Assembly: GCA_038087875.1 (NCBI GenBank)
Contig: CM075990.1
Coordinates: forward strand, 9,674,001-9,738,000
DNA from: Malacoraja senta
Lineage: Eukaryota
Reading direction: 5' to 3'
DNA length: 64,000 nucleotides
Below the pieces are notes generated by a model, which had not been told where the DNA came from, did not search any database, and saw only the letters and a list, made by a program, of their open reading frames with translations. A program made the position numbers and the translations under genes. This document shows, piece by piece, positions 50,691 to 64,000 of this stretch; position 1 is the stretch's first letter, and every line of letters begins with the position of its first letter.

Positions 50691-51974
50691 TCTGATATAA
50701 CGTCTGTAAGATAGCCTATGCACGCCTTTTCAATATAATCGCACTTAAGTTTTGCATTTATGTTTTGCTATTCAAGCGCGTGACTCCACTTGGGCAAAAA
50801 ATGCAAAATGTTTATAAGTAATCTGTTAATTTCCATTCAATAATCTATATCATACAAATTGTATTGTCACTAACCATTCCAATGAAATAAAGAAAAAATA
50901 TTTTTACTGTCTTATTATTTTTCCACCTGTAGCTATATACAGTTTTACAATTTTGAATAGGAATTTGAGGGGGTAAAGCAAGTTCACTTCATTTATTCAA
51001 TATCAGTTTTCTGACAAACTAGTCTCTGGAATGTCCTTGACTGTATCTGGAAGCACAGTACTTTGTGTTCTTAATTTTGATGCTATGATAATAATTGTTA
51101 CTTAGCTTCATAAAGTTTATAGAACTATGCCAACAAAATCTTAACACCAGTTAGTAAGGTAAAATTCTCCTCGTTCAAGAAGGCCGTTTCATTTATATTT
51201 TGAAGTTCTGACTTATTTGAGTCAGGAACTTGACAACGTTTCAGAAATAGCTTGTGTTCATTTGCCATTGAACATTTTGTTTCAATTCACGACTCGTTCA
51301 GGAAAATGTTCTGTAGTCTTGTGTTATTTGTATTAAATTTGTATTGCAAGATATTTAATTTATATGTGAATGTTTGTTGGTAGGAGGGACAAAACGGTTG
51401 TTTTGTTATTAGTATTTTCCTGTAAATTAATGAAGATGGTAAGCTGGAACAAATGTTCGAATTGGTGAATGCCATAGATGGCACCAGTATTGAACTCAAA
51501 AGTTGGCGTAAAATAGGGACGTACAACACGAAAGCAGGTCCTGCGTCCCACTCCTCAGTGCCGAGCAGGTTTTGTAACTGAGCTGTATGTGCCAATGATA
51601 TCTGAATAACCAATACAGTAGGTAGAAATTCAATTAATCGTAATTATTTGATTTTTAATTTTTCAGTGGCTTTCAACAATCCATATTTTCAAAAGTGTCA
51701 TGATTTCTTTGAGCTGCAAATGTGAAGTGCAGCTTAAATCTTATTTCTGTAAGCATTTGCTGTGAAAAGATATTTTTGTGCTACAATATCTTCTGAAACT
51801 CTCGGCTTTACGATGTTCTCCTATCATTTTTCTTTCTTTTCTGTTGAGAAATACTACCAGGCAAATTAAGTGTATTTTACATGATGTGAGTGAATGTTAA
51901 TGGTTGGATTCAAAGCTGTTCTCTAGTCAGTACTTGAATCTCAATTGTTTTGAAATGCAATCCGATAAAACCGG

Positions 51975-52125
51975 AAAGACACAAAGTGCTGGAGTAACTC
52001 AGCGGGTCAGGCAGCATCTCTGGAGAACATGGGGAGACAAATTTTCAGGTGGGGATGTGCCTGACTCACTAAGTTAATCCAGCACTTTGTATCTTTCTTC
52101 ATAAACCAGCATCTGGAGTTTCTTG
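51975..52125. mobile_element. Palindromic PLE-derived element
   Basis: acaaagtgctggagtaactcag arm and inverted ccagcactttgt arm. Confidence 0.7.
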
Positions 52126-52971
52126 TCTCTCCATATTCAGCTTGACTAGGCTTTCCTGACTCATTGTTCTGTGTGCCAACTTTATGGGAGTAGCACCAGG
52201 AATTATCACATAACTAATGGCAGTTTCAAGGCCTGGCCAATTTTTTTCATTAAAATGTGAAGAATTATAACCATGAACAGAATGAGTTGATATCCTTTGA
52301 GTCACCTGATTAATTCTATTGATTTTGGCAACAAATACTTGCACATAGGTGTGGCACACACAAAGTAAGCACCATAGAATTGCGCAAATAATTGAGGCTT
52401 TGCTCAATTATAGAAGGTCATGATCAACATTGCGAAACCTCAACCCATGCTCTTTAAGTTTGCGTCACCTGATGCTCACAAATAAATGACATAATTTCAA
52501 CCACTAATTTGTGTATCAGCCATTGTTTTGCTGTGATATTTAACAGGGACCTTTGCCAGTTGATCTGAATCGTAGCTTCCGGTTAAAGATATGAAATCCG
52601 GTCTTGTAATCTGTTCTGTTTAGTTGTTTCAGGTTTTAAAACTGGTGCTAGCCGTTTGGATCAAAGTTTCCGTTTAAGCATGATCAGAATGTGCAAAATA
52701 TAGATGTAATTTTGCTTCAGATTTCAATAGGAGAAATTAGACCGCAAATAAAAACAAGTAGCAGTGACTCTGAAGACAGATGCAAGGGTATGATTGAGCT
52801 GGAGAGAGGGCAGAGGAGACTCACCAGGGTCAAAAACAGCATTTTCTGCTGAAAATGCTTGATAAACTCAGCAGGTCAAGCCAGTACTTGGCCCATAGCC
52901 TCCTGTGCCTTGGTGAATCAAGTACTCGTCTAAAGAAATAATTTAAATACATTATTTATGAGATTAAATCC

Positions 52972-54545
52972 AGTTTACCCAGCGGCCTTGACCCACTGCA
53001 GTTCGCCTATCGCCACAACATGTCCACGGACGATGCCACCGCACTAGCCTTATACTCATCCCTGGAACACTTGGATGAGAGAGACACTTACAGTACGTCA
53101 GACTCCTATTCATAGACTACAGCTCTACCTTGAACACCATTATACCATCCAAACTTATCACCAAATTTGCGGGACTTGGTGTCAGCACTCATTTCTGCAA
53201 CTGGATCCTCGGCGTCCTGACCAACAGACCCCAATCAGTGAGGTTAGGGGATAAATCCCCCTCTACGATAATCCTCAACACCGTTGCTCCGCAAGGTTGC
53301 GTTCTCAGCCTCCTCTTTACTCCTTGTACACCCACAACTGTACAGCCATGTACAAATCTAATTCAATTTTCAAATTCGCAGAAGACACCACCATTGTGGG
53401 CCGAATATCAAATAAAGATGAGGTAGAATACAGGAAGGAGATCGAGAACCTCGTGTCCTGGTGCCGAGACAACAACCTTTCTCTCAATGTCAGCAAAACA
53501 AAGGAGATGATGATCGACCGCCCCGACGCAGGAGTTTCGATCGCCCCAAGCGGGAGCTTCCACCGCCAGCTGCGGGAGCTTTGAGCTCCCCGACGGATGG
53601 TTCGACTGCCCCACCGTGGGAGAAATAAAGAGGAAGAAGATTGAACTGTTTTGCCTTTCATCATAGTGAGGAATCCACTGTGATGGATGTTTATGTTAAC
53701 TTTTATGTATGTGTGTCTTGTTGCTTTTTTTTGTATGGCTGTATGGTAATTCGCATATCACTGTACATTAATTGGTACATGTGACAATAAAAGACCTTTG
53801 AAACCTTTGAAACCTTTTGACTTCAGGAACCCCAGTTTGCATTGACAGCGCCTAAGTAGAGATGGTTGAAAACTTCAAATTCCCAGGAGTCCATATCACC
53901 AACAACTTCTCCTGGACCACCCGTATTAAAGCAACCACCAAGAAAGCATACCAATGCCTCTACTTCCTTCAAAGGCTTAGGAAGTTCAGCATGTCCTCTA
54001 CAACTCTCACCAACTTCTACAGGTGCACCATAGAAAACATTTTATCAGGATCAGCTTGGTTTCAGAACAGCCCCATCCAAAACTGCAAGAATTTGCAGTG
54101 AATTGTGGATGCAGCCTCGACCATCACACAAGCCAACCACCTTTCCTTTGACTCCATTTATACCTCACGCTGCCTCAGCAAGGCCAGCAGTATAATCAAG
54201 GAGGAGTTGCACCCTGGCCACTCCCTCTTCTACCCTCTCCCATCAGGCAAAATATATAGGTGTGAAAGTGCACATCTCCAGATTCAGGGATGGTTTCTTC
54301 CCAGTTATTATCTGGCAACTGAATCATCCTATCACAACCAGAAAGCAGTCCTGAACTACTATCTACCTCATTGCTGACCCTCGGACTTTACCTTGCACTA
54401 AATATTATTCCCTTATCATGTATCTATCTATACATTGTAAATGGCTCGATTGTAATCATGTATTGTCTTTCCACTGACTAGATAGCAAGCAACAAAACCT
54501 TTTCAATGTACCCCGGTACACGTGACAATAAACTAAACTAAACTA
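52972..54545 (+). mobile_element. Rex1/Babar LINE, degraded, with nested insert at ~53512-53818
   Basis: [26 protein letters not shown] and NVSKTKEM motifs; (aaact)n tail. Confidence 0.88.
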
Positions 54546-55027
54546 GATTATCTTCACAGCTTTGCAGATGAAATCTGCTGGTACTGGCTTCGCTCGGTTG
54601 AAAATTTGTGCAGCATAAACTTTTCCACATTGTAATGAAAATAAGTATATCAAACATATTCTAAGGAACAGATATCTTCTTTGTATTGCATCAGAGTTGC
54701 TGCTGTTTCTACATGTTGAAAGCTCTGAAGTGGCATTTGAAGCAATGATCATTTAATCGGGTGTTACCTGCAGAGCCACAGCCGGTTATGATAATTGACC
54801 TAAATTAAGCATAATTGAAAATGACGGGGCCTTTAAGCTTTGTTCATGGTAATCAGTGGAAGTAATTTGATTGTTGGATGGTAACTTAGGGAGGTGAGAT
54901 TTTTCTATTGAAAAACATGAACATCTTCCAATGTCCAGCAAAATCTTGAACTGATCTGCAATACGAGAAAATTAGAGTTCAAAGTTAATAGCCAAGTATG
55001 TACTGCATGCAATATTACCAGAATATT

Positions 55028-55267
55028 GTGTAGGAAGGAACTGCAGATGCTGGTTTAAACTGAAGATAGACACAAAAAGCTGAGGTTATTCAGCGGGTCA
55101 GACAGCATCTCTGGAGAAAAGGAGTAGGTGACGTTTCAGGTCGAGACCATTCTTCTTCAGATAATTCTGGTAATTCTTCAGAAGAAGGGTCTGGACCCGA
55201 AACATAATCTATTCCTTTTCTTCAGAGATGCTGTCTGACCTGCTGAGTTACTCCAGCTTTTTCTGTC
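55028..55267. mobile_element. Palindromic PLE-derived element
   Basis: Two inverted arms; 15-bp TSD tattaccagaatatt at 55013-55027 and 55268-55282. Confidence 0.88.
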
Positions 55268-55947
55268 TATTACCAGAATATTACTGGGGCTAAAAGCGTT
55301 AAATTCTGTGGACAGATTCTATGGACTAGTTTTATGTACAAATGAATGTAGATCTAATTGAGGAATGTAAGATGATTAAAGGATTTGATAGAGTGGGCAG
55401 ATGGATCAGTGACATGGATTAGTGTTGAGGGCTAGTGGGTTTTTCTCTGCTGTTGGTTCTCTCGCCATTCTCTCACCATTTCTTAGTGGGTTGTTGGACT
55501 GAAGGTAGTTATAATTAAAGAGACATGAAGCTATAACAGGATGTAAACACTGGGATGAAACTTCTGAAGTTGAATTTTGGATAAATCAATGCAAGTCAGC
55601 AAGCATATTGCAGATTCTAAGGACTTAAGATGGACTTTAGCTGAAGGTTAAAAGAGCCAACAGAAAATTGGAATGACTGGGTCTGGTGATGGACAAGGGT
55701 GTATATGAAGGTTTTTCATTGAAAGTGGATAGTGGGAGTAAGGAAGATAATGGAGTATTATACTTCCAGTTTGCTTTGATTCATTCTGAAATGTTGGAGG
55801 GGCAGGCTGTAGAATTGTTGATATTCATTTTTCCTTATGAAATAGAAGAGACAATGATTTTGGACAAATAACAAAGATTACAAAACTTATGTTCCACCAA
55901 AATTGTTTTAAGTATTTGAATTCATTCTTTTGAAATGACTATGAACC

Positions 55948-57220
55948 TATCGACAAAAACCTGGACCCACTGCAGTTCGCTTACCGTCACAACAGATCAA
56001 CGGTGGATGCGATCTCGCTGGCCCTCCACTCCGCTCTGGACCACTTGGACAACAAAAACTCATATGTCAGGCTGTTATTCATCGATTACAGCTCGCATTT
56101 AATACAATCATCCCCTCCAAGCTGGTTACCAAACTCGCAGAACTGAGTCTCTGCACATCCCTCTGCAATTGGATCCTCGACTTCCTCATTCACAGACCAC
56201 AGTCTGTTCGTATTGGTGGAAATGTGTCAGCCTCGATAACAATCAGCACGGGAGCACCTCAAGGCTGCGTGCTCAGCCCCCTGCTGTACTCACTCTATAC
56301 TCATGATTGCGTAGCCGGACATAGTGCGAACTCCATCATCAAGTTCGCTGACGACACCACTGTCGTGGGACGTATCACTGATGGGGATGAGTCAGAGTAT
56401 AGAAGAGAGATCGAGCAACTGTCCATATGGTGCCAGCACAATAACCTGGCCCTCAACACCAGCAAAACCAAGGAACTGATTGTGGACTTTGGAAGGAGTA
56501 GGATGGGGACCCACAGTCCCGTTTATATCAACGGGTCGATGGTTGAAAGGGTCAAGAGCTTCAAATTCCTGGGCGTGCACATCTCTGAAGATCTTTCCTG
56601 GTCCGAGAACACTGATGCCATTATTAAGAAAGCACATCAGCGCCTCTACTTCCTGAGATGATTACGGAGAGTCAGTTTGTCAAGGAGGACTCTCTCTAAC
56701 TTCTACAGGTGCACAGTAGAGAGCATGCTGACTGGTTGCATCGTGGCTTGGTTCGGCAACTTGAGCGCCCTGGAGAGGAAAAGACTACAAAAAGTAGTAA
56801 ACACTGCCCAGTCCATCATCGGCTCTGACCTCCCTTCCATCGAGGGGATCTATCACAGTCGCTGCCTCAAAAAGGCTGGCAGTATCATCAAGGACCCACA
56901 CCATCCTGGCCACACACTCATCTCCCTACTACCTTCAGGTAGAAGGTACAGGAGCCTGAAGACTGTAACGACCAGGTTCAGGAATAGCTACTTCCCCACA
57001 GCCATCAGGCTATTAAACCTGGCTCGGACAAAACACTGAACTTTATTAGCCAATTAACTGTTATTTGCACTTTACCAGTATATTGATTCATGTGTGTATA
57101 TATTTATAGAATGCCTTGTAGTCAATGCCTACTATGTTCTGTTGTGCTGAAGCAAAGCAAGAATTTCATTGTCCTATCAGGGACACATGACAATAAACTC
57201 ACTTGACTTGACTTGACTTG
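55948..57220 (+). mobile_element. Young 5'-truncated Rex1/Babar LINE
   Basis: [19 protein letters not shown] and [10 protein letters not shown] motifs; in-frame stop at 56659; (acttg)n tail. Confidence 0.93.
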
Positions 57221-57584
57221 AAGCTGCCAGCTTTTCATTAAAATATTTTTTAAGGGAAGCACTCCTACCATTCATATTATGGGTGGGTCAATAAGTGACT
57301 CGGGTCCTGCAGAAACTTGGTTGACTCTTTGCTGCATTCTGAAATAATTCAACAGTATATTTGGTTGTATCAGATTAACTCGGAATGGATAATCTATACC
57401 CGCCTCAATAATGTTGCCCATACTCTACTGCTTTTGCAGAGCCAACATAAAAATGTGAAACATTGGCCACAGTGGTCAAAGAAGGTCATATCATTAGTTC
57501 TTCTAGGATTGTTCTTAACAAAATAAAATACATTTAATTTCATAAATATTTCCGATCGTACTGGTCAGAGATGGAAAAAAAAAG

Positions 57585-58312
57585 AATACTTTGATCTTGG
57601 GTTTGTGTGTGTGTTTATAATCACATCTGCTCTAACGGTAAAATCTTTACATATTCCTGTAGAGTTATATCCCATGGATTCAGAAATCGGCTTAGCTGAA
57701 AATGTTGTGCTTTATTTCTTGAGTTATTAATAAAAATGTTGCCTCTTTCACCTGCCCCCCACCGGGCCTCTCTTCCACCCCCCTCCTCTTCCCCCACCTC
57801 TGCTCCCTCCTCCCCCCCTCCCTCCTCCCCCCTCCTGCTCTCTCTGCCCCCTCCTCTCTCTGTCCCCTCCTCTCTCTGCCCCCTCCTCTCTCTGCCCCTC
57901 CTCTCTCTGCCCCCTCCTCTCTCCCCTCCTCTCTCTCTCCCTTCCTCTCTCTCCCCCCTCCTCTCTCCCCTTCCTCTCTTCCCCCTCCTCTCTCCCCCCT
58001 CCTCTCTCCCCCCCTCTCTCTACCCCCTCCTCTCTCTCCCCCCCCCCTCTCTCTCTCTCCCCTCCTCTCTCTCCCCCTCTCCTCTCTCTCCCCCCCTCCT
58101 CTCTCTCCCCCCTCCTCTCTCTCCCCCCTCCTCTCTCTCCCCCCTCCCCCTCTCTTCCTCCCCTACTCTCTCCCTCCCTCCTCTCCTCTCCCCCCCCCCC
58201 CCGCCTCTCCCTCCACAGCCTTTCTCTTCCTCCCCCCGGCATCCCTCTTCCCTCCCCCCCCCCCCCCCCGCACGTTGAGGGGACGGGACACAACGGGTTC
58301 CTCTTGGTCTAG
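57585..58312 (+). mobile_element. Second non-autonomous Helitron-like element with long C/T tract (57750-58270)
   Basis: 3' end gggacacaacgggttcc...CTAG|T is homologous to the 50008 end; ctttgatcttg echoes ctctgatcttg near the 5' end of the first copy. Confidence 0.6.
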
Positions 58313-58634
58313 TGTTTTTCTAAATGTTGCCTAATTTCCCAGTATTTAAGACTGGAATCTGCAGCAGTATTGTGAGAGAGGAGTAGGTAACCATCCAGAG
58401 CAAGAGGTGTGGTTTTGGTGGGAGAGAGGGTTACTTTACAAATAGTTAACGTGTTCAGAGTGTGAATCTTTGGAATTCTTTACCACCGACTACAATGGGT
58501 ACGCAACCATTAAGGCTATTCATGACTGACTTAACAGATCATTATTCACCAAAGAAAAACTGGACACGGTTAAGGATCACTTCTTGTTTTTGACTAATCT
58601 CAAGGTTGTATGCTCAAAGTCAGTCATAAATTAT

Positions 58635-58790
58635 AGGAGTGGAATTAAGTCTACTCCGCCATTCAATCATTGGCCCATCAAGTCTACTCCGCCATTCAAT
58701 CATGGCTAATTTTTCTCTCCCTCCTAATCCCATTTTCCTGCCTTCTCCCCATAATCTCTGACACCTGTTCCTGCTCCTGCTCCTATTTTT
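58635..58790 (-). mobile_element. CR1-type 3' tail remnant with internal duplication
   Basis: aagtctactccgccattcaatcat occurs twice. Confidence 0.6.
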
Positions 58791-59001
58791 CTGTTTTTCA
58801 ATGGGATGAATGTGTGAACAAAATCATTGAAGATGGTGATAATGTTAAAATAAAACAGAAAATGTAAGAAACACTCAACAGGTTATCCAATCTCAAATTA
58901 GTGTTATTTTCAAGACAGACCAGTGCACAGTGTAAAATTATTTTTTCTATGTGCCAAAAAAAATGTGACGGTGGAAATCATAGACTGTTTCATTTCTTTA
59001 G

Positions 59002-59136
59002 GGAATCTTCACTCAGTTTCAATACAGCAAAGAAAAGGTACTGCCATCTGATGCCTTGAGGAGTGCTCTTGCCAAAACCTTTCAAGATGAACAACGCTTT
59101 CAGATGGGGATCATGGATGATGCTGCAGAATGTTTT
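59002..59136 (+). CDS. USP54: USP54 third coding exon ([45 protein letters not shown])
   Basis: catttctttag| acceptor, |gtgagt donor, 135 nt, phase 0/0; the gene continues beyond the window. Confidence 0.95.
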
Positions 59137-59663
59137 GTGAGTTAAATGACAACCACTTGGTTCACTTGACTGTTTGATAATGCTTTTTGAAAAAAGGTAC
59201 TAATTGATTTTGGAAGTATATATGCAGTGGGGGGAAATCCAGATTATTGCATTGGGATGACCTTGAGGCTGCAGATCCCCAGAACAACCTAACTCCGAAA
59301 AGGGTCAGCCTGAAATGTCATCAGGAATAACAGGGGATGCCAGATATTGTACTTAAAGTAATCTAGTGGAGCTATCATTCGAAAGGCTTGAGAGCCATTT
59401 CAAAATCTTGCTCCTTTCCTTGGTCCATTAATTTCTTCAGCACATTTGATTGTCATACTTGTTTTAGATCAAAGCACTTAATGGAGTAAAGTCACTGTGT
59501 GTAACTTGGATGGATGGCTGACCATACTATTCACATAATACTTGTGAGTTTTAGTTGAAAGAACATAGTTTTTTAACCAGTTCACTGGTTCGTTTAAAAT
59601 TTATTTTTTTCCTCTTGCAGAACCAATTCTGCATTAAAACTATGTATGGTATTAGAAACTTCT

Positions 59664-62600
59664 AATTTAACCCACAAATTTAACCCACAAATTTTGAACG
59701 AAAGATCATGCCAGGAATATCTTATTAAACAGCCAGGAATATCTTATTAAACAGATTCAAATATTTTTTGAGGTAAATGACAACCCTGACACACCTACTT
59801 CTCTTATGTGGGAAACGTTTAAAAGCGTTTGTTCGAGGTGCATTAATTTCTGCCCAAGTATTTTATAATAAAGAGAACAGGATTAAACAACAAACATTGG
59901 AAAGGGAAATCAAGCAACTAGATATAGAAAATGCGAGAATGCCATCTATATTAAAACATAATAAAATTGCTGTGTTGAAATATAAATTAAACAAAATGTA
60001 TTCAGAACAAGTAATAAAACTTTATCAAAAAACCAAACAATTACATTTCGAGTTTGGAGACAAACCACAAAAACTATTAGCACGTCAGTTACGAAAAATA
60101 ATTCATAAAATTAGAACAGAGACAGGAGAATTATCAAAAATGCCCAAGGATATAAACGAGAGATTTCTCCAATACTATCATAATCTTTATTCAACTAAAA
60201 CTGTAGTACAACCAGAAGGAATAGCAGATTTTTTACTAAAATGTAATTTAAAAGGTTTAGACTCAAACGATAGAGAATTATTAGAAGGGGAGATTACGAT
60301 AAAGGATATTGAAGAGTCTATTGGCTCTTTAAAAAATGGTAAAGCAGTAGGACCAGATGGTTTAGGCTCTGAATTCTATAAAATATTTTATTACTTGCTC
60401 TCCCCACGTTTACAAAGGCTGTATGAGCATATCTATACTCAACAGAAACTTCCAGATACTTTAAATGAATCTATAATAACACTTATTCCTAAAGTTGATA
60501 AAGATCCGGAAGATCCGGGATCATATAGAGCAATTGCACTTTTAAATACAGATCAGAAAATATTAACTAAAATACTAGCGCATAGATTAAGTACAGTGAT
60601 GAATAAATTAATACACCCTGACCAAACAGGCTTTATTCAGAAACGGTACTCATATTATAATCTAAGAAGATTATTTAATATTATATATTCTAAGAGAATT
60701 ATTAATGAAGATCTAGCAATAATCTCACTTGACGCTGAAAAAGCTTTTGATCAGGTTGAATGGTCCTATTTATTTTCGGTGATGGAAAATATGCAACTAG
60801 GGGAGAAATTCTGCACATGGATAAAACTGTTATATACAAACCCTACGGCTAGAATATTAACAAACCAAAGGTTGTCATCTAAATTCAGCCTATCTAGAGG
60901 TTGTAGACAAGGATGCCCGTTATCTCCATTATTATTTGCGCATGCTATTGAGCCACTCGCAGAAAGAGTTAGGGGTCATCCGGAAATACATGGGTATAAC
61001 ACAAAGGATACAGTGAATAAAATTTCTCTATACGCAGATGATGTACTAATTTACATTACTAAACCAGAAATTAGTATTCCAAACTTATTAAAGTTAATAA
61101 CCCAATTTGGTTCACTCTCAGGATACAGAATAAATTGGAATAAAAGTGAAATTATGCCAATAAGGGAACACAACAAACAGATAATACAACAATTTCCATT
61201 TAAAATAGTAAACGAAAAATTCAAATACCTAGGCATTTACGTAACTAAGATATATACATCATTATTTAAAGCAAATTTCCCCCCATTACTGAACAAACTA
61301 CATAAGAATATTCAATATTGGAAAACACTTCCTATCTCAATGGTTGGCAAAATTAATGCCATAAAAATGATTTTTTTACCGCAAATATACCCTTTTCAGA
61401 CAATTCCGATATATTTGTCAAAAAACTTTAAAAAAAAATTGGATTCCATTGTTAATGATTTTATCTGGGATTATAAGAATCATAGGATAAACAAAAGACA
61501 TTTGTGTAAATCAAAAATAAATGGAGGCTTGGTTTTACCAAACTTTCTGTTTTATTTTTGGGCAGTTAATATTAAAAATATGAATTTCTGGTTGGAAGAA
61601 ATAGATCAACAACCAGATTGGTTAAAAATGGAAAAGGAAGATTGTTTACCTTTTGATATCGGCTCGATATTATTTGCTACGTCTAAATTAAACAAAAAAA
61701 ATTATATGGAAAACCCTTTAATATTTAGTGCTATACAAATTTGGAAACAATTAAAAAAGACATTAAAATTAGATAACTTATCACTTTTTCTTCCAATTGT
61801 GAATAACCCTTTGTTTAAGCCCTCATGGTTGGACAGGGGTTTTACACAATGGAAGAATTATGGAATTAAAAATATGGGACAACTTTACAAGGAAGGCACT
61901 TTTCTTACATTTCAGGAGTTGCAACAGACTTATGGACTTCGAGGAAATGATTTTTTCAGATATCTTCAACTCAGAGATTATGTAAAATCGAATACTCAAA
62001 ATTTTTGAATTAGAAATTCAGAAATTCTTGATGAATGTTGGAATAAACATCCTAATACAGAAAAATTAATATCTTATATATATAATATTTTATTAGACAG
62101 TGACATTCCATCGACGGACTTACACAGACAAACATGGGAAAAAGAATTAAATCAAATAATAACGAAAGATACTTGGGAAGAAAGTTTACAACACATACAT
62201 CAATGTTCATTAAATGCCAGACATTCTTTAATACAATTTAAAGTAATACATAGGTTACATTATTCAAAAACAAAATTACATAAAATCTTTCAACATATCT
62301 CACCTATATGTGATATATGTCAACATTTAGAAGCTAACTTATCTCATATGTTTGCAAACTGTATAAAAATTAAAAAATTCTGGGTAAATATTTTCAGTAT
62401 AATATCTAAAGTGACCAGCACACAATTGGACCCGGATCCAAAATTAATAATACTCGGAACATTAGAATTAAATCAAACATTTACAACAACACAAAGAAAC
62501 TTTATTGATTATAGTATAATAACGGGACAAAAATTAATTCTAAAATTTTGGAAAGGCCCTATAACCCCCACAATCAAAATGTGGATTATAGAAATGACGG

Positions 62601-63533
62601 AGACCTTAAACGTGGAAAGAATCAGATTTTCCCTGTTGGACAAACAGGAATTATTTGTTGGAAGGTACACAAAAATGCTGGAGAAACTCAGCGGGTGCAG
62701 CAGCATCTATGGAGCGAAGGAAATAGGTAACGTTTCGGGCCGAAACCCTTCTTCAGACTGATAGGGGGTGGGGAGAAGAAAGGAAAAAAGGAAAAGGAGG
62801 AGGAGGAGCCCGAGGGTGGGGGGAGGGGAGGAGACAACCAGATGGCTGATGAAGGGGAGGGGACAGCCAGGGCTAGCAGAATTGGGAGAATTCAACGTTC
62901 AGGCCACCAGGGTGTAGACTGCCCAAGCGGAATATGAGGTGCATTTCCTCCAATTTACGGTGTTGCTCGCTGTGGCCATGGAGGAGACCCAGGACAGAGA
63001 GGTCAGATACGGAATGGGAGGGGGAGTTGAAGTGCTGAGCCACCGGGAGTTCAGGTTGGTTATTGCGGACCGACCAGAGGTGTTCGGCGAAACGATCGCC
63101 AAGCCTCCGCTTGGTCTCACCGATGTTGGAACATGGTCTCCCTTTATTGATTATTTAAAGGGTCAGAATGGTTCAGCACAGGAACCTGACTAACACTCGG
63201 GCTAAAGAATGGATGAAATGTTATACTCTGAAATGTACGAATATATCTCGAACAAAGTTTTTTATCTTAATACATTTTTCTATTCTTCTTTAACTATCTT
63301 TTTCTTTTCTGTTTTCTTTTATTATTATTATTTTTTTTTTTTTCCTTTCTCTTTTCTTTCTTTACTTCATCTATCTTTTTAGTTCTATCTAGTTTAAAAA
63401 AAACAAAAAAAGGCAAAAGGTATTGGAGACAATGTAATAATAATTGACAATATTATCAATTTAAAAATGTAAGACTGGTAATGATGATAATATGTTGTGT
63501 ACTTATCTCCAATAAAAAATATTTTTAAAAAAA
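59664..63533 (+). mobile_element. 5'-truncated fish-type L1 LINE (ORF2 RT, premature stop at 62008, Cys-rich C-terminus, A-rich tail)
   Basis: GPDG, HPDQTGF, LDAEKAFD, RQGCPLSP, LYADD and WSPF motifs; AATAAA plus A-tail; imperfect TSD agaa(a/g)cttct at 59654-59663 and 63534-63543. Confidence 0.93.
62664..63123 (-). mobile_element. 5'-truncated PLE nested in the L1 ORF2 C-terminus
   Basis: Near-identical to 4085-4545; 8-bp TSD tgttggaa at 62656-62663 and 63124-63131. Confidence 0.92.
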
Positions 63534-64000
63534 AGAAGCTTCTTTCTTTGTTTATGTAATAGAGTGTGATGGGGGGTTGTTTATTCTGTTATTCTGAACT
63601 GAATATTTGATATTCAATGCAGGTATCCATTTATCAGATTTTGCAAATATTTGTGCTTTGTACTTTGTTAAGTAATTGTGAGCAGTAATCTTGCTTTATG
63701 ACAGAATGGATACAGCATTGTCATTTGGCTCGTTGAGGCTATACAATCCCAGTACAAATGCAATCCAGCTAGTCTAACATTAATCCGACATTACTGAGAA
63801 CATTGAATCACCTAAAGAGACTAGTAGATGTACACTAAATGTGTAACATAGAATGTTGCAATCGCATACTTAACATCGCCACATATTATAAATCAATATT
63901 TGCAGTTATGCACCTCAGAATTCACAACTGGTATAATGTAGTAAAATGGGTAGAATTTTTTTACATGAATCTTACTCAACATCATTGTGAAACCTTCTGC

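Noticed and set aside
57736..58293. 180-aa ORFs on both strands
   Set aside because: Simple C/T repeat sequence.

Overview
Vertebrate genomic DNA, most likely a cartilaginous fish (skate/ray-like, inferred from HE1-type SINEs and the LINE repertoire). The window holds the 5' part of USP54 on the + strand: a CpG-island promoter and putative non-coding first exon near 0.4-0.75 kb, then coding exons at 34822-34965, 37531-37623 and 59002-59136. The large introns are full of mobile elements: a near-intact CR1 LINE, 5'-truncated L1, Rex1/Babar, Vingi and HERO-like LINEs, Penelope-like elements (PLEs) and many short derivatives with minimal hammerhead-ribozyme cores, SINEs, hAT/Tc1/Harbinger remnants and two non-autonomous Helitron-like elements. 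Highlights: (1) a Helitron apparently carrying a captured SAC3D1-like exon that could act as a USP54 poison exon; (2) an in-phase U_UUA_AAC -1 slippery site plus downstream G-tracts at the CR1 ORF1/ORF2 junction; (3) hammerhead-bearing mini-PLEs with inverted copies of target DNA inside the insertion; (4) a CpG-rich non-coding element family using different LINE tails. Family assignments come from recalled motifs, not database searches.
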